Below, in pieces: positions 63,536 to 64,000 of a stretch of 64,000 nucleotides of DNA. The translations under genes were made by a program, and so were the position numbers. The stretch is from contig CM052816.1 of assembly GCA_028534125.1 (NCBI GenBank), forward strand, positions 90,708,001 to 90,772,000, written 5' to 3'. The first letter of the stretch is position 1; each line of letters opens with the position of its first letter. Source of the DNA: Lama glama (lineage: Eukaryota). The notes under the pieces are model-generated. The model made no database searches. It was given only the letters and a program-made list of their open reading frames with translations, and had not been told where the DNA came from.

Positions 63536-64000
63536 GAGAATATCACTGCTCACACATAGCCAAGAGCAAACATCACTTCTTGGAATTTCCTTTTGGATCT
63601 CATCCCCCAACATTGAACAGGGGTGAAGGCTTTCTGGATAAATGATGGTAGGGCCAGCCCACCATGTGTCTTGCTGGGTTGGAGCCTTTATCAGTTGGAC
63701 AAAAATCTCTCTGTTTACCCAGCCCTTGCTCTAACTAACGGGAAATGAATAGTCCAGAAAAGTCAAGCTCCTTAAGAGCCCTGAGTTGATGAACAGTTTC
63801 AGATATCATAAGCCTCATGTTGTGGAGGGTGGATGCCCTCCTCAAGAAGCCACTTAACAGAAGCCTGCTCCTTCCAAGAGTTAAAAGTTCAAGTCTTAGG
63901 GCTGAACTGAGTTTCGATTTCCATCAGTCCATGACTCAGACACATCATCAACATGGTGGCGCTCCCATCTACTTCCTCCACTATTCTGGACCATCACCAC

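Noticed and set aside
2800..63940. Scattered AP-1 (TGASTCA) sites
   Set aside because: About a dozen seen against roughly 8 expected by chance in 64 kb; not clustered
1..64000. ORF-track ORFs (60-177 aa) as genes
   Set aside because: No recognisable domains, many use non-ATG starts or lie in repeats, and the lengths are as expected for non-coding mammalian DNA
1..64000. Known miRNA, tRNA or other structural RNA genes
   Set aside because: Only short partial matches to mature miRNAs I could recall; tRNA-like boxes at 23.3 and 34.6 kb belong to SINEs. An Rfam/miRBase scan was not possible

Overview
Mammalian nuclear DNA, most likely from a camelid. The evidence is tRNA-derived SINEs matching my recollection of the camelid vic-1 type, plus cetartiodactyl-style L1 3' ends. 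I recognise no protein-coding gene: the ORF track holds only short ORFs without recognisable homology, many inside repeats. The window reads as intergenic or intronic sequence with many eutherian repeats: MIR, L2, L1, MLT1/MaLR, ERV1 solo LTRs, and hAT and Tigger MITEs. Repeat family names are from memory and need RepeatMasker/Dfam confirmation. The most notable non-repeat signals are: (1) a compact NF-kB/ISRE/ETS/TATA promoter-like module near 10.15-10.28 kb with a downstream splice donor; (2) minus-strand exon-like segments at 41.5-43.9 kb, two of which splice in frame; (3) an old duplication of about 230 bp at 43.75 and 45.17 kb; (4) a perfect 20-bp palindrome. Among the repeats, a 5'-inverted (twin-primed) L1 and a solo LTR rich in octamer and CCAAT motifs stand out. 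I cannot support a claim of a new biological system from sequence alone.
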